32,752 bases of DNA, from the NCBI GenBank assembly GCA_016926735.1, contig JAFGOA010000117.1:1-32752 (forward strand), written 5' to 3'. The stretch's first letter is position 1. Each line of letters begins with the position of its first letter. This stretch comes from Promethearchaeota archaeon. Its GTDB lineage: Archaea; Asgardarchaeota; Lokiarchaeia; Sigyniarchaeales; SOKP01. The position numbers were made by a program, and so were the translations under genes. Shown here in pieces: positions 28,387 to 32,752 of the stretch. The notes under the pieces were generated by a model, which did no database searches, was not told the origin of the DNA, and was given only the letters and a program-made list of their open reading frames with translations.

Positions 28387-29151
28387 ATGAAAAATCATAA
28401 GAAAATTACTCCAAAATACATAGGCCCAGATGTTAGTACCAAAAACCGAAAAATGACTAAAGATGAAATTAAATATCGTTTTAATAATGAGACAGCAGAA
28501 TTATATAGCCAAAAGAACCCTATTTGGTTGCCTAACTTTGAATTTATGTTCAATACAATAGTAGAAACTTTGCAACTTTATTATCAGTCAAATATGCTGA
28601 TTCTTGATTTAGGTGCAGGCACTGGGAACTTATCTCGTAAAGTTCTTGAGAATCTTACTGATACTAACATTAATTTAGTTGATTTTTCAGAAAATATGTT
28701 GAAAGAAGTTCCAAATGTACTCAGTAATTTCAAAGGACAATATTCTTGTGTTAAAGATGATATCTTCCACGTTGATTTTGAACCTAATTCATATCATGCG
28801 GTTATTTCAAGTTTTTCAATTCATCATGGACGAGGAGAATTAATATACTCAAAATTATATAAATCCATCTATAAATGGTTGAAAAATCCTGGTATTTTCC
28901 TATGTTGTGATGTTATTGAAGGAGATAATCCTAAATTATCAAAATTAAATGAAGATGGATGGAGGCATTTTTTAAAATTAAAAAAATTTTCAGATAAAGA
29001 GATAAATAGAATTCTTTCTAATTATCATAGAGAGGATAATCCATTGTCCATACGTCAACATATGAAATTATTAATAGAATCAGGATTCAATTCAGCAGAT
29101 TTTATTTGGAAAAAATATAATTTTGGTATCTATCTTGGAATTAAAAACTAA
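28387..29151 (+). CDS. Class I SAM-dependent methyltransferase
   Basis: ILDLGAGTG, VDFSENML, AVISSFSIHH, LKNPGIF. Confidence 0.88.
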   Translation: MKNHKKITPKYIGPDVSTKNRKMTKDEIKYRFNNETAELYSQKNPIWLPNFEFMFNTIVETLQLYYQSNMLILDLGAGTGNLSRKVLENLTDTNINLVDFSENMLKEVPNVLSNFKGQYSCVKDDIFHVDFEPNSYHAVISSFSIHHGRGELIYSKLYKSIYKWLKNPGIFLCCDVIEGDNPKLSKLNEDGWRHFLKLKKFSDKEINRILSNYHREDNPLSIRQHMKLLIESGFNSADFIWKKYNFGIYLGIKN

Positions 29152-30122
29152 TGGTTTATTTTTTGACATTCTTCAATCTCAAGATCTATCGATTTTGCTA
29201 AGGGTATCTCATTATATTTTAAAGCTAAATTTTTCATTTTTTCAAAATATTCAATAGCTTTAAGATTGTTTTTTAATTTTTTATAAATTAAAGCCATTGA
29301 CCTATATTGAACAATTTTATTCTGATCATTATCACTTTTCTCAATTATATTCAAAGCTTTTTGACAATATTCCAATGCTTTATCTATTTCTCCCTTAGTT
29401 AAATTTAATCTACCAAAATTATTAAATTGAATGCTTATTCCTTCCAAATCCCTAATTTTTTCTGCTATTTCAAAAGCTTTTTTATAGCTTTCTAATGCTT
29501 TTTCTTCATCTCCTGATAGCTCGAAGATTCGCCCAATATTATTATATTGTGTTTCTGTAATAATTTGATTTTTTAATTCTAGTCCAATTTCTAATCCTTT
29601 TTTATAAAACTCAATAGCGTTCTCAAAGATTTTCTGTTTTTCATAACAAAATCCAATCATATTGGAGATATATATATATGTTTCCTTGTCCTTATCATTT
29701 TTTAGTTCTGGTATTTCTTTTAAAGCGTCATTATATGCTCCAAGAGCTAAATCCCATTGCTTTAAAAGTTCATTGCATTCTCCAATGTTTAGCAAATCAT
29801 GTATCTTTTTTTTTTTATCATTAATTACAATTTTATCTAATTCATATGCTTTGGAAAAGGATTTAATGGCTTCTTTAAAATTATTTTTTGCTCTTAGTAT
29901 CAACCCTAAATTACTTAAATCATTTGCATAGTTGATATTATCTCCCACTTTTATATCACTTGCTATTGCTTGGTTTATATATTCTATTGCTTTATTAAAT
30001 TCCCCAATTTCAAAATATAATCCTGAGATTTCATTTAATAAACTATTATATTTAGAATTATCGTTTTTATCTACATTTTCTAACAATAATAAAGCAGCTT
30101 TTAATTTTTCGTCTTTCTCCAT
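29148..30122 (-). CDS. Tetratricopeptide-repeat protein
   Basis: About seven N.G..Y...G....A...Y.KA repeats. Confidence 0.88.
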   Translation of the reverse strand: MEKDEKLKAALLLLENVDKNDNSKYNSLLNEISGLYFEIGEFNKAIEYINQAIASDIKVGDNINYANDLSNLGLILRAKNNFKEAIKSFSKAYELDKIVINDKKKKIHDLLNIGECNELLKQWDLALGAYNDALKEIPELKNDKDKETYIYISNMIGFCYEKQKIFENAIEFYKKGLEIGLELKNQIITETQYNNIGRIFELSGDEEKALESYKKAFEIAEKIRDLEGISIQFNNFGRLNLTKGEIDKALEYCQKALNIIEKSDNDQNKIVQYRSMALIYKKLKNNLKAIEYFEKMKNLALKYNEIPLAKSIDLEIEECQKINH

Positions 30123-30271
30123 ATTTTATCAAAATTTTAAATTGAATTATTCATGATATTATTCTTAACCATCAACAAAAATAATAAATTTAGTATAAAG
30201 TAAAAAATTAAATAATTTTCACAGATTATCTAATCATCATTAAAATATAATCAAAAAAAATATGTGATTGT

Positions 30272-32542
30272 ATGGAAGAATCTGATCTAAACAAATTAAT
30301 AAGTAAAATGACTATCGAAGAAAAAGTCCAATTACTGACTGGAAAAACATTTTGGACTACTTTTTCCAATGATCGTTTAAACATTCCATCAATTTTTCTT
30401 GCTGATGGTCCACATGGTATAAGAAAAGTTGTTGGACGTGATTCATTAGCTATGAAAGGGATTAAAGCTATTTGTTTTCCAACTGCTCCAGCATTAGCGT
30501 CTTCATGGAATATAGATCTAGCAAAACGATTAGGAGAAGCGTTAGGTGAGGAATGCATATCTTTAGATGTGCAGATTCTTCTTGGTCCTGGTGTAAACCA
30601 AAAAAGATCTCCATTATGTGGTAGGAATTTTGAATATTTTTCAGAAGATCCTATTTTAACAGGACAAATTGGAACAGCTTTTGTTTTAGGTGTACAGAGT
30701 ATGGGTGTTGGATCCTCAATTAAGCATTATGCACTTAATAATCAAGAATATGAAAGATTCTCTTCTAATTCTATCGTAGATGAAAGAACGATGAGAGAAA
30801 TATATTTACTGGCGTTTGAAATGATTATTAAAAATGCTAAACCAATGACGATAATGTGTTCATATAATAAAATCAACGGAATTTACGCTTCAGAGCATAA
30901 TTATCTTATTCGTGATATTCTAAAAAATGAATGGGGATATGAAGGATTTGTTCTTTCTGACTGGATGGCTTCTAATGATAAAGTAGAAAGTATAAAAAAT
31001 GGATTAGATTTAGAAATGCCAACTAAAAATCAGTTCAGAGATGATGAGGTCATTAGTGCAATTAATAAAGGCGATCTAGATGAGAAAGTAGTAAATGAAG
31101 CTGTAAGGAGAGTTTTAAGCGTTATTTTTAAAACCTATAAAATCCCCAACAATAATATATCATTTGATATTGAACAACATCATCAACTAGCTCGAGAAAT
31201 AGCAATTGAATCAATGGTCTTACTGAAAAATGAAAATGATATTTTACCATTAGATTTGAATGAAATAAAAAAAATTGCTATTTTAGGTGATTTTGCCAAG
31301 AATCCCCGTTATCAGGGTGCTGGAAGTTCAAATATTACATCAACCCAATTAGATATTCCATATGATTGTTTAAAAAACGAAATTGGGCATAGAATAGAAA
31401 TAAAATACAGTCAAGGATATAATTCAGACACTATAGATGATAAATTAATTATTGAAGCTGTAGATATAGCAAAACATTCTGATGTTGCTATAATATTTGC
31501 TGGATTACCTCCGTCTTATGAATCCGAAGGCATTGATAGAGAACATATTAATCTCCCTCCTTCTCATAATCACTTAATTGAAGAAATTTGTAAAGTTCAA
31601 AAAAAAACAGTTGTTATTCTACTAAATGGGTCATGTGTTGCAATGCCATGGATTGATCTCCCATCGGCTATTATAGAAGCATGGTTATTAGGACAAGCAT
31701 GTGGTAGTGCGATTGTTGATATTTTATTAGGAAAAATCAATCCATCAGGTAAGCTATCAGAAACATTTCCAATAGTTCTTGAAGAAAATCCTTCTTTTCT
31801 AAATTTTGGAGAAAGAGATGTAATATATGGAGAAAGAATCTTTATTGGATATAGATATTATGAAAAAAAAAAAATTAAACCATTATTTCCCTTTGGATTT
31901 GGATTATCATATACAACTTTTGAATACAAAGATATTACCGTTGATAAAGAGAAGATTACTAACAAATCAGATTTGAATATCGTTATTACTATAAAAAACA
32001 CGGGAAACAGAAAAGGAAAAGAAATAATACAGGTCTATGTTAGAGATATTGAATCTGACCTAATTAGGCCAATTAAAGAATTAAAAGCTTTTAAAAAAAT
32101 TGAATTAGATATAGGAGAAGAGAAAAAGGTTAAGTTTACTCTTAAAGAACGTGATTTTGCATACTGGCATCCTAAATATAAAACTTGGATTGTTGAAAGT
32201 GGAGATTTTGAAATATTAGTTGGTAGTTCAAGTGCTGATATAAGACTTAAAAAAAAAATAAAAATGAACTCGAATTTCATGTTTCAAATCCCACTTTTTA
32301 GAGATAGTCTTTTAAAAGATTTTTTTAATCATTCCAAAGGAAGAGAACTATTAAATAATCTTTTTCAAGAAGCTTTAGATCCTGATGATAATGAGAATTT
32401 TCTTGAAAAAATTACTAAAATGAATATGAATTTGATAAATGATCTCCCTCTAAATAAAATAATTGATTATCTATTTTTAGGTAAAATATCTTATGCAAAA
32501 GTGGATTCCCTACTTTTAAAATTAAATTCTGATTTAAAATAA
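30272..32542 (+). CDS. GH3 beta-glucosidase (cytoplasmic)
   Basis: ADGPHG, PLCGRNFEYFSEDP, KHYALNNQE, MCSYN, nucleophile motif LSDW, ESEGIDR, C-terminal Fn3-like domain; no signal peptide. Confidence 0.95.
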   Translation: MEESDLNKLISKMTIEEKVQLLTGKTFWTTFSNDRLNIPSIFLADGPHGIRKVVGRDSLAMKGIKAICFPTAPALASSWNIDLAKRLGEALGEECISLDVQILLGPGVNQKRSPLCGRNFEYFSEDPILTGQIGTAFVLGVQSMGVGSSIKHYALNNQEYERFSSNSIVDERTMREIYLLAFEMIIKNAKPMTIMCSYNKINGIYASEHNYLIRDILKNEWGYEGFVLSDWMASNDKVESIKNGLDLEMPTKNQFRDDEVISAINKGDLDEKVVNEAVRRVLSVIFKTYKIPNNNISFDIEQHHQLAREIAIESMVLLKNENDILPLDLNEIKKIAILGDFAKNPRYQGAGSSNITSTQLDIPYDCLKNEIGHRIEIKYSQGYNSDTIDDKLIIEAVDIAKHSDVAIIFAGLPPSYESEGIDREHINLPPSHNHLIEEICKVQKKTVVILLNGSCVAMPWIDLPSAIIEAWLLGQACGSAIVDILLGKINPSGKLSETFPIVLEENPSFLNFGERDVIYGERIFIGYRYYEKKKIKPLFPFGFGLSYTTFEYKDITVDKEKITNKSDLNIVITIKNTGNRKGKEIIQVYVRDIESDLIRPIKELKAFKKIELDIGEEKKVKFTLKERDFAYWHPKYKTWIVESGDFEILVGSSSADIRLKKKIKMNSNFMFQIPLFRDSLLKDFFNHSKGRELLNNLFQEALDPDDNENFLEKITKMNMNLINDLPLNKIIDYLFLGKISYAKVDSLLLKLNSDLK

Positions 32543-32678
32543 TTCCTTGATTTTTTAAAGAAAATAAAGATATCCAAGAAAAAATTTCACTTTTATTCCA
32601 ATAGCTTTTAAATAATATTCAAGTTATGATTAATCATCAACAAATAGAAATTCAAAAATAAAATTAAAAGGTATTAAA

Positions 32679-32752
32679 ATGGGTTTCAAAGATAAATTAA
32701 AGGCAGCAGCAGATAAAGCTGTCGGAGATGTTGTTGACTCCGCTAAGGGTGC
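32679..32752 (+). CDS. Start of a CDS truncated by the window end
   Basis: MGFKDKLKAAADKAVGDVVDSAKG..., open to the end; AGGT upstream. Confidence 0.6.
   Translation, partial: MGFKDKLKAAADKAVGDVVDSAKG

Overview
Very AT-rich, gene-dense chromosomal window, most likely from an Asgard archaeon of the Lokiarchaeia. This is an inference from GGTGA-type Shine-Dalgarno sites, oligo-T/A tracts after genes, two Loki-CTERM-like C-terminal anchors and a Lokiarchaeia-type hypothetical domain. Energy and transport genes include a flavodoxin-like protein, a group B-type [FeFe]-hydrogenase with a small thioredoxin-fold 2Fe-2S partner, an ECF transporter (S-A-T), a NikR-type regulator divergent from a P1B metal ATPase, a flavoprotein disulfide reductase and an MFS transporter. 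Other genes encode GH130 and GH3 glycoside enzymes, Hsp20, a membrane-anchored thermonuclease, endonuclease V, a 1,400-aa repeat-rich surface clostripain, HEAT, Smr and TPR proteins, and a methyltransferase. There is a decayed IS200/IS605 tnpB remnant with an intact right end and a panE-like gene interrupted by an in-frame stop. Three small ORFs missing from the ORF track were found. The most striking region is 9723-12430. There a eukaryote-like four-EF-hand calmodulin lies upstream of a tightly linked trio that looks like a split, partly duplicated DUF4140/DUF4139 protein. Both duplicated halves end in a basic IQ-like tail, suggesting a candidate archaeal Ca2+/calmodulin-target module. All family calls come from motif recognition by eye; no database search was run.
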